Shown here piece by piece: positions 11,624 to 22,576 of a stretch of DNA of 64,000 nucleotides. Numbering within the stretch: the first letter of the stretch is position 1; the number at the start of each line of letters is the position of its first letter. The position numbers and the translations under genes are program-made. Origin of the DNA: Flavobacteriales bacterium. Lineage in GTDB: Bacteria > Bacteroidota > Bacteroidia > Flavobacteriales_F > PHOS-HE28. The notes below the pieces were generated by a model. The model was given only the letters and a program-made list of their open reading frames with translations. It did no database searches and was not told the DNA's origin. The stretch spans positions 34,898 to 98,897 of the forward strand of contig JADJOG010000045.1 in the NCBI GenBank assembly GCA_016713865.1, read 5' to 3'.

Positions 11624-13644
11624 CGCAATTGGGAGAGCGCTTCCTGCACGGTGGGCACCGGGAGATGGCAGCTCTTCTCAACGCAGACAAAGATCATGCT
11701 CCCTGGCAGCGATTTCTCCCGCAGCAGCGGCAGTTGCGAACGATTCAATGTGCCCACGAACAGCCGATTTGCGATGTGGTGCGGTGCGAATTCTTGCCGC
11801 AGTCGCAGGGCCTCGGGGCCGGTGATGGCGATCTCATGCAGCGGCCAAGCCATCGCCTGCGCGAGCTGGCCCCAATTGCTGAAGGCCATGGGCGCCGTGG
11901 CCAAGCGGGGCAGCATGCCCTCGAGCATGCGTTGCGCCATGTCCAGCAAGCGCGCATCGTCGTGCAGGGTGCCTAAGGCGAAGAGCCCGCGCGCCATGGC
12001 GGAGTTCGATGCGGGAATCACATTGTCCTCCAGCTCCATGGGCCGTGCGATCAGTGGCGCATCCAGATCGCTGGTGAAGTGGAAGAAGCCGGTACGCTCG
12101 TCGCGGAAGTGCCGGATGGCGTGCTCGGCGAGTGCGAGCGCCTCGTTGAGCCATCGTTCGTTGAAAGTGACACCGTAGAGCGCGGTCAGCGCCTCGATCA
12201 TGAAGGCGTGATCCTCCAAGTAGCCGTTGATGCTCGCGCGGCCATCCTTCCAACTGTGCCACAAGCCGCCGTTGGCTTGCCGGCAACTGGCGAGCAGATG
12301 CTCCATGCAACGCTCGGCGGAAGCAAGCCAGCGTTCTTCGCCGAAGATCTCATACGCATCGCAGAGACCGGTGATCATGAGTGCGTTCCAGCTCGTGAGG
12401 CATTTGTCGTCGAGGCCGGGACGCTCGCGTTCGTTGCGCGCTTGCAGCAGTCGTGAACGGATGGATGCGATCCGCTCGCCAAGCTCCGTCTCGCTGATGC
12501 CGAAGGCGCCGGCGAAGTCGGCATCGTGCATGCCGCGCCGCAGGATGTTGCGCCCATGCTCCCAAAGTGCCTGCCCGCCGATATCGTAGTAAGCTTTCGC
12601 GAGGTCGTAGTCTGCGCCAAGGGCATCCTGCAGCTCCGCTTCGGTCCACACGTAGAAGCGGCCCTCTTCACCCTCGGTGTCGGCGTCGAGCGCGCTGCAG
12701 AAGGCGCCTTCGGGCGTGGTCATCTCGCGGGCGATGAAATCGAGCGTGTGCTCCACCACCTCGCAGTAGAGCGGCTTCTTCAAGGCTTGGAATGCGGTGC
12801 TGTAAAGCGATACGAGCTGCGCATTGTCGTACAGCATCTTCTCGAAGTGCGGCACTTTCCAGAGCGCATCGGTGCTGTAACGCGCGAAGCCGCCGCCTAC
12901 TTGATCGAAGATGCCGCCCAGCGCCATGCGGTCGAGGGTGAGTTCCACATGCTGCATCACGGCCTGGTCGCTCGTGAGCGCCGCGTGCCGCAACAGCATC
13001 TGGTAGTTGTTCGGCATCGGGAACTTGGGCACTTTGTCCGGGCCGCCATGCTGCTGATCGAATCGCGGCACCCATTGCTCCACAATGCGCTCCACGGCGC
13101 GTTTCGCTTCGGCCAGTGGCGCCTGCTCTTCCGGCGCGATCATGGTGCTGGCCACGCCGCGCTGCAATTGCGTGGCCTGCCGCATCACGCGCTCGGGATC
13201 CTCAGCCCAGGTGCGGTGCAGGTCAACGAGCACGCGGCTCCACTGCGCCGGCGGGAAGTAGGTGCCGCCATAGACGGGCCGGCCATCGGGCAGGGCGAAG
13301 CAGTTCAAGGGCCAGCCGCCGCGACCGGTCATCAGTTGCACGGCCGTCATATAGACGTGGTCCACATCGGGCCGCTCCTCGCGATCCACCTTCACGCATA
13401 CATAGCGCTCGTTCATCAGCGCTGCGATAGCGTCATCCACGAAGCTCTCGCGTTCCATCACATGGCACCAATGGCAACTGCTGTAGCCGATGCTGATGAG
13501 CAGGAGCTTCTGCTCGTCGCGCGCCTTCGTGAAAGCCTCATCGCCCCACGGGAACCAATCCACCGGATTGTGCGCATGTTGGAGCAGGTATGGGCTGCTT
13601 TCCTTCGCGAGCCTGTTGGGCCGATTACTTTGTCCGTGCGCCAT
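11620..13644 (-). CDS. thioredoxin domain-containing protein (DUF255 / YyaL-like, N-acylglucosamine 2-epimerase-like fold)
   Basis: ...[52 protein letters not shown]... is the DUF255 thioredoxin signature, followed by a long six-hairpin-glycosidase-like region. The chosen start is the ATG at 13644 ([12 protein letters not shown]); the ORF track extends to 13689. Confidence 0.8.
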   Translation of the reverse strand: MAHGQSNRPNRLAKESSPYLLQHAHNPVDWFPWGDEAFTKARDEQKLLLISIGYSSCHWCHVMERESFVDDAIAALMNERYVCVKVDREERPDVDHVYMTAVQLMTGRGGWPLNCFALPDGRPVYGGTYFPPAQWSRVLVDLHRTWAEDPERVMRQATQLQRGVASTMIAPEEQAPLAEAKRAVERIVEQWVPRFDQQHGGPDKVPKFPMPNNYQMLLRHAALTSDQAVMQHVELTLDRMALGGIFDQVGGGFARYSTDALWKVPHFEKMLYDNAQLVSLYSTAFQALKKPLYCEVVEHTLDFIAREMTTPEGAFCSALDADTEGEEGRFYVWTEAELQDALGADYDLAKAYYDIGGQALWEHGRNILRRGMHDADFAGAFGISETELGERIASIRSRLLQARNERERPGLDDKCLTSWNALMITGLCDAYEIFGEERWLASAERCMEHLLASCRQANGGLWHSWKDGRASINGYLEDHAFMIEALTALYGVTFNERWLNEALALAEHAIRHFRDERTGFFHFTSDLDAPLIARPMELEDNVIPASNSAMARGLFALGTLHDDARLLDMAQRMLEGMLPRLATAPMAFSNWGQLAQAMAWPLHEIAITGPEALRLRQEFAPHHIANRLFVGTLNRSQLPLLREKSLPGSMIFVCVEKSCHLPVPTVQEALSQLR

Positions 13645-13768
13645 GGATGCTTCAAAGAAAACCGCTCTCGGGTTGACCGTGCGTGCCAAAGCGCATCGGG
13701 ATCAACCGCGCAACGTGGGATCGCACGTCCAGCCGCAGGTGCGCGACCGCCGCTGGCCGGGCACCCTC

Positions 13769-14227
13769 ATGGCCATCGGCGTTTTCGTTGGGCTGTTGAG
13801 CGCGCTCACCGTAGTGCCGTGGACGCTCATTGAGCACGGCCTGCTGCTGCGCTTCTTCATCGGCCTATGCTTCGTGGGCAATCTGCTGCCTTACGCGCGC
13901 TCCGGCCTGCGCATGGGCATGGAACGGCTCGAGTGGTTCCTGTTCAATCTGCTTGCGATCGGACCGTTGGTCACCTGCTCGCTCTTATGGGCGAACTTCA
14001 TCTTCCACGGACCGGTCGTCAGCGGCACGCATGCGGTTGTGACGATTGATGATCATGGCACCTACCTCACGTACAATTTCAGCGATGATTATCTCGCGGA
14101 GCATTGGATGGCGCGCAGCAATTACCGTGACTGGCCCGATGCGCACGGTCGCCGCTTGAACGTGAGTACCGCCACGGGCCTGCTCGGTTTCGAAGTTGTT
14201 GTGAAGAAGGTGCGCGCGACCGATTAA
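13769..14227 (+). CDS. hypothetical integral membrane protein
   Basis: ORF 13490..14227. The ATG at 13769 gives MAIGVFVGLLSALTVVPW..., which avoids the overlap with the divergent thioredoxin-protein gene. An alternative ATG at 13643 would share CCATGG with that gene start. Confidence 0.4.
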   Translation: MAIGVFVGLLSALTVVPWTLIEHGLLLRFFIGLCFVGNLLPYARSGLRMGMERLEWFLFNLLAIGPLVTCSLLWANFIFHGPVVSGTHAVVTIDDHGTYLTYNFSDDYLAEHWMARSNYRDWPDAHGRRLNVSTATGLLGFEVVVKKVRATD

Positions 14228-14239
14228 TGGCGAGCGCAA

Positions 14240-14698
14240 CTATTGGTCGTTGAAGTCGATCACTTGCTCCAGCTCGAAGGGGAATCGCTTCTTGAGGGCG
14301 CCGTTGCGGCCGGCAATCGTGCCCTTGGCGCCCACTTTCACTTTCCCGCTCAGCGCGCTGGTGATCAGCATGATCATAACCGGTCCACCTTGCAGGTCGG
14401 CGTGCAGGTAAACGGGATAGACCTGCGCCTGCTTTCGCTCGAGCACCAAGGCTGAATCGAGCACGCCCTTGCCGATGAACTTGTCGTTGAGGAAGAGGTC
14501 CACGTCAGGTTCTGCCACTTCGATCCGGAAGCCGTTCGGATTATCGATCCGTGCATCCACCCGAATGGCTACTGCCTTTTGGGTCAGGCTGATCAGCTCA
14601 ACGTTGGTGATGTCGGTGAGCTCCACTTCCTTGAACGGCGAGCATGCTGCGAACGTGAGCGCGAGCAATGCGATCGATGCTTGCTTCTTCATGCGCAT
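14240..14698 (-). CDS. LEA14-like lipoprotein (Late embryogenesis abundant type-2 / WHy-like domain)
   Basis: Lipoprotein signal MRMKKQASIALLALTFAACS, followed by a ~130-aa beta domain resembling LEA_2/WHy proteins. Confidence 0.55.
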   Translation of the reverse strand: MRMKKQASIALLALTFAACSPFKEVELTDITNVELISLTQKAVAIRVDARIDNPNGFRIEVAEPDVDLFLNDKFIGKGVLDSALVLERKQAQVYPVYLHADLQGGPVMIMLITSALSGKVKVGAKGTIAGRNGALKKRFPFELEQVIDFNDQ

Positions 14699-14785
14699 GG
14701 CTTTGCCATTTCAGTGCCAACTCCCTGATCCAAGTTCGTAGTTGGCACGATGCAGTAAGCTTGTAATCCGCTTACTGCCAACTGA

Positions 14786-16159
14786 TTATCGCCTCCCGGT
14801 CGCAGCGAAATGCTGGAAGAAGCGAGGGATGGTGCGGATGCCTTGGAAGTAGTTGAATACGCCGTACTTCTCGTTGGGGCTGTGGATGTTGTCGCTGTCC
14901 AAGCCGAAGCCGAACAGAACGGTCTTGAGCCCCAGTTCAGCTTCGAAGAGCGCAACTATGGGGATGCTGCCGCCGCCGCGAGTGGGGATGGGCTTCTTGC
15001 AGAAGGTCTCCTCCATGGCTTTGCTCGCCGCGAGGTAAGCAGGGCTGTCAATCGGTGTAACGGCCGCTTCGCCACCATGGTGCGGGCGCACTTCCACTTT
15101 CACGCCCGGAGGCGCGATTTTCTCGAAGTGATTCTTGAAGAGCTTGGTGATGGCGTCGCTCTTCTGGTTGGGCACCAGGCGCATGCTGAGCTTCGCGAAG
15201 GCCTTCGAGGGAAGCACGGTCTTGGCGCCCTCGCCGATGTATCCGGCCCAGATGCCGTTCACATCGAGGGTCGGGCGGATGCTGCTGCGCTCCTCGCTGG
15301 TGTAGCCCTTCTCGCCGCGCACAGCTTCGATGTTGAGGTCTTTCTTGTACTCCTCTTCGTTGAATGGCGCCTCGGCCAAAGCCTTGCGTTCAGCAGCACT
15401 CAACTCTTGAACCGCATCATAGAAGCCTGGGATGGTGATGCGGCGGTCGGCGTCGTGCAGGCTGGCGATCATTTCGCAGAGCGCGTTGATCGGGTTGGCC
15501 ACGGCGCCGCCATAAACGCCGCTGTGCAGGTCGCGGTTGGGACCGGTCACTTCCACCTCCACGTAACTGAGCCCGCGCAGGCCGGTGTTGATGCTCGGGC
15601 AATCGTTGGCGATCATGGCCGTGTCGCTGATCAGCACCACATCGGCTTTTAAACGATCCTTGTTGGCTGCCACGAAGAGGCCGAGATTGTCGCTTCCCAC
15701 TTCCTCTTCGCCCTCGATCATCACCTTCACATTGCAGGGCAGACCGCCACTCTTCATCATGGCCTCGATGGCCTTCACGTGCATGTAGAACTGGCCTTTG
15801 TCGTCGGCGCTGCCGCGAGCGTAAATGAGGTCATCCTTGATCACCGGGTCGAAGGGGCCGCTATGCCAGAGCTCGAGCGGGTCGGGCGGCTGCACATCGT
15901 AATGGCCATAGACCAGCACGGTGGGCTTGGCGGGGTCCACAATCTTCTCGCCGTACACGATCGGGTGGCCTTTGGTGGGGCACACTTCAACCTTCTCCAA
16001 GCCAGCCTCAACCATGCGCTGCTTCACGGCATCGGCGCAGCGTGCCACATCGCTTTTGTATTTGGGGTCGGCGCTCACGCTAGGGATGCGCAGCAGGTCG
16101 AGCAACTCGTTGAGGAAGCGGTCCTTATGGGCGTCGATGTAGGCGTCGGTGGCGTTCAC
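14786..16159 (-). CDS. M20 family dipeptidase (ArgE/DapE/ACY1/CPG2/YscS family)
   Basis: Full-length similarity to M20 dipeptidases (HYDVQPP, GSADDKGQ, EGEEEVGS metal-binding motifs). The start is the GTG at 16159, giving MNATDAYIDAHKDRF; the longer ORF to 16315 has no family support. Confidence 0.85.
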   Translation of the reverse strand: MNATDAYIDAHKDRFLNELLDLLRIPSVSADPKYKSDVARCADAVKQRMVEAGLEKVEVCPTKGHPIVYGEKIVDPAKPTVLVYGHYDVQPPDPLELWHSGPFDPVIKDDLIYARGSADDKGQFYMHVKAIEAMMKSGGLPCNVKVMIEGEEEVGSDNLGLFVAANKDRLKADVVLISDTAMIANDCPSINTGLRGLSYVEVEVTGPNRDLHSGVYGGAVANPINALCEMIASLHDADRRITIPGFYDAVQELSAAERKALAEAPFNEEEYKKDLNIEAVRGEKGYTSEERSSIRPTLDVNGIWAGYIGEGAKTVLPSKAFAKLSMRLVPNQKSDAITKLFKNHFEKIAPPGVKVEVRPHHGGEAAVTPIDSPAYLAASKAMEETFCKKPIPTRGGGSIPIVALFEAELGLKTVLFGFGLDSDNIHSPNEKYGVFNYFQGIRTIPRFFQHFAATGRR

Positions 16160-16439
16160 GAGCAGGTGGTTTTTATAGCCGCCGAATATAGGTGCAGTGC
16201 GCTGGGCAACCTTGGATGGGGGGATGCGGTCTTCGATTGGCGCCGAAGACCTATTTTTCAACGCGTTTCGGCACTCCATGATGCCACTACGGCGGCTTGT
16301 TTGCTTGGCCTCCATGCCTCCGCGGTCGCGGTGTTTCGGTCAACTGGCGGTGACCACCAGCCAGTCACCCCTGGTAGATGGTGCAGAATGTCCTTTCGGG
16401 AACGGGGTTTCAGCGACGAATATCACCTAAACACCTGAC

Positions 16440-18821
16440 CCTGGTGCCCGAATGGCCATTCACCGCGACCAACTCGAACCTGGGATTGGACGCAGGCGTG
16501 ATTCTTTAGTGGGCTTGGGCTCGATGCGGGGAGGATTCAGCATCCGGAACCTGGTGAGCAATGGCTTCGATTTCTTGCCGAACACCATTGGCGATGCTGA
16601 TTTGCCGCCATTTCCGGTTTCGATGTTTATGATAAGGCCGTGCTTGAGTTCGATTTCATTCCAACAGGCGATACGCTGCGATTCAGATACGTTTTCGGCA
16701 GTGAAGAGTATCCGAATTACACCTGCGGTTCGGTAAATGATGTTTTCGGTTTCTTCTTGAGTGGCCGGGCATCAGTGGGCCATTCCAGAACAATGCAATG
16801 AACCTCGCATTGGTCCCCGGCACGAAACATCCCCATCTGCATCAACACGGTTAATTCAGGGGTGGCAAGCCGGATTTGACGATACGAATTGCTTCAAGCC
16901 GATCCGAATTGGCAAGCGAACAGCATTTACTTCGTTGATAATGCCGGTCAAAGCGGCGGCACCGTGACCTACGATGGCATGACGGTGGTGCTCACCGCTT
17001 TCGCACTGGTGCAATGTGGGACACAGTACCACATCAAAATCGCTATCGGGGATGGCACTGATCCGGTTCTCGATAGCGGCGTTTTCTTGAAGGCAGGCTC
17101 CTTCGCCAGCACCGGCCAAGTGATTCCCTGCCCTTGCACAGGATACCGGTGATTATAGGGAACACGATGCTCGAAGGCTGCAATCCGGTTGAGCTGAGCT
17201 TCACGCGCTTGGGCGATACCACCACGGTCGATACCGTGGACATCACGGTTTCCGGCACCTCAACCCCGGGAGTCGACTACAGCATCATATTCCCCGAGTC
17301 AGCTCATTTATCCCCGTTGGCATTGAGACAATCGTCTTCACCTTCGATGTGCCCATCGACGCCGACGGCCCTGAGACCATCGTATTCACCATCCAACAGC
17401 TCGTTGAATGCGCCGGACAGGTGATTCAGACCGAGTTCACCTTCAACATCGACAGCCCGCCTCCATTAGTAGTTCAATCGAACAACATCAACGGCGTGTG
17501 TGGCCAAACGCACCTGCTTGCACCCAGTGTGAGCGGGGGCATGGGCCAGTACACATATGCTTGGAGCACAGGACAAACCACGTCATCGATAAGCGTCAAC
17601 CCTGCTGTAACCACCACCTACTCCGTCACTGTAACCGATGTGTGCGGTATCGCGCCAATCACGGTCGATTTCACCGTGACCCTTCCGGTGTATTTGCCGC
17701 TTACGCTGAATGTCACAAACGATACGCTGATTAACTGCTTAGGTACTGGGCCGATCTCAGCGTTCGGGGTAACTGGCGGCAACAATGTGTACCTGTACCA
17801 ATGGACCTTGAACGGAGCAGTGGTTGGCAATACAGCAACGATCAATGTGCCGGCAGCCTCGCCGCCCCTCACTTATGTGGTCACGGTCACCGAAGGTTGC
17901 GGCAGCAGCATCCAGGACAGTGTGGTGGTTGGCACGGTGCCATTGGATCCGATCGTAATCTCAACAGACGGTGATCAGACGCCGATCTGCACTGGAGATA
18001 CGGTCACGCTCACGATTACAGGCATCACGGGTGGCAATGGCGTTTATTCATGGCGCTGGTATGATCCGGATGGACTTCTCGTGGGCAATGGCTGGACGAT
18101 CGATGTGCCGGTGCTTGGAAATCAACCATACACCATCGATGCCATTGACCAATGCGGCAACACGGGCAGCACGGTCGTGAGCGCATTGTTGCCGATCTAC
18201 GCGCCCTTCACGCTCGACCTTGGCGACGACAAGCTCCTTTGCGCCGGCGACAGCACCACTATCCATGCGCTTGTGACAGGAGGCAGTGGTTTCTACCACA
18301 TCCTTTGGGCGGGCCCCGATAGTCTCACAGACCCGCTGTACTGGGTGAAGCCGGATGATGAGACCACCTATTCCGTGATGGTGCGCGACCAATGCGGCGA
18401 GGAATTGACCGACGCGATCACCATCGAGGTGGAGCACATCCACATCGACATCCTCGTGAACAATCTGGGCCAAGATGATTGGTACCTGCAGGCCCAGACG
18501 TTGCCGTACGCGCGCACTTGGATCTGGGACATGGGCGATGGCACACGCTACCGGTATGATGAGGTACGGCACAGCTACCTCGACCTCGATGAGCACCTGG
18601 TGCGCCTGAAGATCGTGACCCCAAACGGATGCTTGGCTGAGGATTCCGTGCTGATCCGCCCTCCTGCGCACATCTACTTCCCGAACGCCTTCACCCCCGA
18701 TGGCGATGGCCGCAACGATCTGTTCGGCCCAGCAGGGCATTACATCGATAAGTTCGGCATGACGATATTCGACCGCTGGGGCCAGGTGGTGTTCACCACT
18801 GAAGATGTGAATATCCAATGA
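16440..18821 (+). pseudogene. T9SS type-B cargo protein, paralog of the next gene, with a decayed N-terminal region
   Basis: 16440..17350 translates in at least four frames to a recognisable copy of the N-terminal domain of the 18969 protein (KAVLEFDF..RFRYVFGSEEYP..ADPNWQANSIYFVDNAGQSGGTVTYDGMTVVLTA..QCGTQYHIKIAIGDGTD..DSGVFLKAGSF), interrupted by stops. 17349..18821 is an intact 490-aa ORF ending in the gliding-motility C-terminal domain ([16 protein letters not shown]...DRWGQVVF). Confidence 0.6.
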
Positions 18822-18968
18822 GATGGCTCCGTGAACGGAAGCGGCGAAGCGATGACAGGTGTGTACGTTTACCGCTACTTCGCAGAAGGCCATTACTTCC
18901 CACCCGTTGACGGCGTTGGGCATGTTACATTGATCAGGGGCAGCCAGGATTAGAAAACAACAAGAGCA

Positions 18969-21191
18969 ATGAAGACTCGAATCATCGTGACGGGGGCGGC
19001 GGGCATATTGCTGGGCGCGGCACAGGCTCAATTGGCGATCGATCAAAGCCTCACTCCCACGCAGCTCGTGCAGAATGTGCTGCTGGGATCCGGCGTCACT
19101 GTGAGCAATGTGAGCTTCAATGGGGTTCTGAACCCTGCGACTGCGCAGCCTGGCAGCGGATCCTTCACGGCCACGGGAAGCAATCTCGGGCTCTCGGCAG
19201 GCGTGCTGCTCACAAGCGGCGAGGTGCAGCAGGTGGCAGGGGCAGCCTCTTATTTCGCGAGCGGCTTCAACAGCACAGGTAGTGACCCTGACCTCGCGAT
19301 ACTGGCCAATCAGACCATCAACGACCGTGCGGTGCTCGAATTCGACTTCGTGCCCGTTGGCGACACGGTGAAGTTCCGCTACGTGTTCGGTTCTGAGGAA
19401 TACCCGGAGTATGTATGCACCACTTTCAATGATGCGTTCGGGTTCTTTCTCAGTGGCCCCGGCATAGCGGGCCCGTTCCAGAATGGCGCAATCAATATAG
19501 CCCGCGTACCGAATTCGAACATCCCGATCGCGATCAATACGGTGAACCCCGGCACTCCGGGCTCCTCTGGCGGTCAGGCATCCGTGTGCGCCGCGGCCGA
19601 TCCCAACTGGCAGAGCAATAGCCAGTACTATGTGAACAACGGTGCAGGGGCTAGCGTGTGCTACGATGGCTTCACCGTGGTGCTCACGGCGCGGCATCCG
19701 GTGCAATGCGGCCAGACCTATCACATCAAGATGGCCATTGGCGATGGCTCGGACAGCTCGTTCGATAGTGGTGTGTTCCTCGAGGCCGGTAGCTTCACCA
19801 GCACACCGTTCGTTCCATCGCTCACTCCGGGTCCGGGCATCATTGGCAACAATACGATCCAAGAGAGCTGCTACCCGGTAACGATCAATTTCTCGCAGAC
19901 CGGTGCTGCGAGCGACACAAGCGTAGTCTATATCGTGGTCGGAGGCACGGCAACGCCCGGTGTCGATTACGTGCCTGCATTCCCCGATTCGCTGGTTTTC
20001 TACCCAGGCGATACCATGATCACGTTCGTCTTCACGGTGCCTATCGATGCAGATGGCACCGAGACCATCGAACTCACGCTGATCTCTGAATCGCCTTGCG
20101 CGGGAGTCACAATAACGAACACGTTCATCTTCAACATCATCCAATCGCCGCAACTGGTGATCGTAGGCAATACCCAAGTGATCCCTTGCGGAGGATCAGC
20201 CACTCTCACGCCAACGGTATCCGGTGGCTATCCGCCATACACCATCAGCTGGCCAGGCGGGTTGACAGGGCCGAGCATCACGGTTTCACCATTGGACAAC
20301 ACGGTGTATACCGCAACCGTGACCGATGATTGCGGAACAACTGCTGTCGCGCAGTTCTTCGTTGAGCTCGACCCCTTGCCACCGATCAACATGAGCATCA
20401 TCGGGCCTAGTACGGTCATGGAGGCCTGCGATCGATCCGCAGTGAACATCATCCGGCCGCAAGGCGTGCCGGGCGATGTGACCATCACATTCTCATTCAC
20501 CGGCAATGCCACGCCCGGCCAGGATTTCCAGTGGCCCGCCAGCGCCTTGATACCTGATGGCGTGCTGAACATCACCTTGCCCTTCGAACCGGGAGAGGAT
20601 GGCATCGCAGACGATGGCGAGACGACCACCATTACTGCCACGTTCACCGACGATTGCGGCCGCACGACTTCTGCAAGTGTCACATTCACCATCATCGATG
20701 CGCCTTTCCTGGGCGTGGAAACGGGCGACTTCGTTGTGGAGTGCCAGCCCGATAGCATGCTGCTGGTTGCTCAGGGAATCGGCGGAGTTGGCAACCTCAG
20801 CTATTCGTGGTCGAATGGTACGGCCGGTCCTGCCACCTACGTGACGATACAGATTCCGGGCACCTATACGGTGACGGTCACCGACGAATGTGGTCGCACC
20901 GCCCAGGACATCGCGCAAGTGATCACCATCTGCGATGTGGTTATCCCGAACGTGATCACGCCCAACGGCGACGGCAGCAACGATCGCTTCGAGATTGAAG
21001 GCATCCTGTACGTGAGCAACACCGTGAAGATCTACAACCGTTGGGGCCAGGAAGTGTTCTTCTCGAAGAACTACAAGAACCAATGGGATGGTGACGATCT
21101 TCCGGATGGCACCTATTTCTACGAGGTGACCGTTTCCCGAAGGGAAGAGCCTTACACAGGTCATTTGACGATCCTGCGTAACGGCTGGTAG
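18969..21191 (+). CDS. T9SS type B sorting domain-containing secreted protein (N-terminal choice-of-anchor-L-like domain, Ig-like middle, C-terminal gliding motility-associated domain)
   Basis: Signal peptide MKTRIIVTGAAGILLGAAQA, an N-terminal domain with the VLEFDFVP...YVFGSEEYPEYV...DSGVFLEAGSF motifs, and a C-terminal TIGR04131-like domain (VIPNVITPNGDGSNDRFEI...IYNRWGQEVF...DGTYFYEV). Confidence 0.8.
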   Translation: MKTRIIVTGAAGILLGAAQAQLAIDQSLTPTQLVQNVLLGSGVTVSNVSFNGVLNPATAQPGSGSFTATGSNLGLSAGVLLTSGEVQQVAGAASYFASGFNSTGSDPDLAILANQTINDRAVLEFDFVPVGDTVKFRYVFGSEEYPEYVCTTFNDAFGFFLSGPGIAGPFQNGAINIARVPNSNIPIAINTVNPGTPGSSGGQASVCAAADPNWQSNSQYYVNNGAGASVCYDGFTVVLTARHPVQCGQTYHIKMAIGDGSDSSFDSGVFLEAGSFTSTPFVPSLTPGPGIIGNNTIQESCYPVTINFSQTGAASDTSVVYIVVGGTATPGVDYVPAFPDSLVFYPGDTMITFVFTVPIDADGTETIELTLISESPCAGVTITNTFIFNIIQSPQLVIVGNTQVIPCGGSATLTPTVSGGYPPYTISWPGGLTGPSITVSPLDNTVYTATVTDDCGTTAVAQFFVELDPLPPINMSIIGPSTVMEACDRSAVNIIRPQGVPGDVTITFSFTGNATPGQDFQWPASALIPDGVLNITLPFEPGEDGIADDGETTTITATFTDDCGRTTSASVTFTIIDAPFLGVETGDFVVECQPDSMLLVAQGIGGVGNLSYSWSNGTAGPATYVTIQIPGTYTVTVTDECGRTAQDIAQVITICDVVIPNVITPNGDGSNDRFEIEGILYVSNTVKIYNRWGQEVFFSKNYKNQWDGDDLPDGTYFYEVTVSRREEPYTGHLTILRNGW

Positions 21192-21310
21192 AGCTCGATC
21201 GTATTCGTGCTCAAGTCAGTTGCAATGGTTGTTCGCAGTGCCTGAGATTTCGTTGCGGGGTGCGTCTTCGCTGAAGTGAACCGTATGCCTATGGTGGGTG
21301 TTTCACCATT

Positions 21311-22000
21311 GTGTCAGATCCATTTCTTGTCATCGGCGGCACGCGAGGCATTGGCCGCAGTTTAGCCGAACAGCTCATCGCGAAAGGCAATTCGGTTATT
21401 ACGGTTGCCCGCTCCAATGGCGCTCCAGCTGGTGTGCTACGGCATATGCAGCGCGATATCCTTGCTGAAGGTTTGTCTTCCGAAGAACTGCCAGAAGCGC
21501 TGAGCGGTCTCGTTTACTGCCCCGGCAGCATCGACCTTAAGCCCCTGCGCTCGCTGATGGCCGATGATCTAAGAGCATCATTCGAGCTCAATGTGATCGC
21601 GGCCTTCAGCGCCATACAGGCTTGCGCAGAACGGCTGAGGAAGAATCCTGGCTCTGGTGTGGTGCTCTTCAGTACCGTTGCCGTTCAGCGGGGAATGGCC
21701 TTTCATGCTTCAGTTGCTTCCGCCAAAGGCGCCGTGGAAGGATTAACGCGCGCCTTGGCCGCGGAGCTAGCACCGAACGTGCGTGTGAACTGCATCGCAC
21801 CGAGCCTGACGCGCACTTCGCTCGCTGAGAAGCTCCTGAGCACGCCCGAACGCGAAGCGGCCAGTGTGGAACGTCACCCGCTTAAGCGTGTGGGCGAAGC
21901 GCAGGAGGTAGCGGCAATGGCGGCTTTCCTTTTGAGTGACAACGCACGCTGGATAACCGGACAAGTGATAGGAGTGGATGGCGGCATGAGCGCTATTTGA
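21311..22000 (+). CDS. SDR family oxidoreductase (short-chain dehydrogenase/reductase)
   Basis: GTG start; the Rossmann motif IGGTRGIGRS and the SDR catalytic region. Confidence 0.8.
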   Translation: MSDPFLVIGGTRGIGRSLAEQLIAKGNSVITVARSNGAPAGVLRHMQRDILAEGLSSEELPEALSGLVYCPGSIDLKPLRSLMADDLRASFELNVIAAFSAIQACAERLRKNPGSGVVLFSTVAVQRGMAFHASVASAKGAVEGLTRALAAELAPNVRVNCIAPSLTRTSLAEKLLSTPEREAASVERHPLKRVGEAQEVAAMAAFLLSDNARWITGQVIGVDGGMSAI

Positions 22001-22002
22001 TC

Positions 22003-22575
22003 ATGACGGAACACATTGGCATCGACTTCGGAGCACGTTATAGTGCTAACACCGCCCTGTGTCGCCGTGAGCGCGGCCTCTTCGTGTTCGAGCGGATCAA
22101 CAGGGGTGACGATGGCGATGAGTGGCTGGAGCAGCGTGTGCTTGAGCTGGCACCAAGAGCGGTATACATCGATGCACCGTTGAGTTTGCCAGGCGCCTAT
22201 TATGGGCGTGGCAGCGATCACTTCTACCGCGAGGCCGATCGGCTCGCGGGAGGCATGAGCCCCATGTTCCTCGGTGGGCTTACCGCGCGTGCTATCCGTT
22301 TGGCGGAGCGCTGGCGGAAATCCGGGATCGCCGTGCATGAGGCTTATCCCTCAGCCTTCATCCGACGCTCTTGGGAATTCCTTGAGCTATCCGCTGGCAA
22401 AGCGATTCCGAAGCAGGCGCTGCGCCTTATGGCTGGAATGTGCCTGCTTCCGCCGCCGGATCCGAAGGACCGCCACGAAGCGGATGCCTGGCTCTGTTGG
22501 GTGATCGGCCAGCGGCACATGCAAGGTGAAGCAAAGGAGCTAGGGCGCGCCGATGAAGGATTGATCCTCGCATGA
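22003..22575 (+). CDS. DUF429 domain-containing protein (predicted RNase H-like)
   Basis: [20 protein letters not shown]... is a typical DUF429 N-terminus. The ORF track has a TTG at 21997; the ATG at 22003 is preferred. Confidence 0.6.
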   Translation: MTEHIGIDFGARYSANTALCRRERGLFVFERINRGDDGDEWLEQRVLELAPRAVYIDAPLSLPGAYYGRGSDHFYREADRLAGGMSPMFLGGLTARAIRLAERWRKSGIAVHEAYPSAFIRRSWEFLELSAGKAIPKQALRLMAGMCLLPPPDPKDRHEADAWLCWVIGQRHMQGEAKELGRADEGLILA

Positions 22576-22576
22576 T

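Noticed and set aside
10709-12178. 489-aa plus-strand ORF overlapping the YD-repeat and thioredoxin-domain genes
   Set aside because: The minus-strand genes have clear family signatures and signal peptides. The plus-strand ORF is a low-complexity high-GC artefact.
12526-13833. 435-aa plus-strand ORF inside the DUF255 thioredoxin-domain gene
   Set aside because: It is antisense to a gene carrying the conserved [14 protein letters not shown] and CHWCH motifs, and has no independent support.
14786-16315. Long N-terminal extension of the M20 dipeptidase (ORF-track start at 16315)
   Set aside because: The family alignment begins at the GTG at 16159 (MNATDAYIDAHKDRF). The extra 52 aa have no counterpart in homologs.
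18048-20177. 709-aa minus-strand ORF spanning the two T9SS cargo genes
   Set aside because: It is antisense to genes with the gliding-motility CTD and crosses an intergenic region, which is implausible. It is a high-GC artefact.
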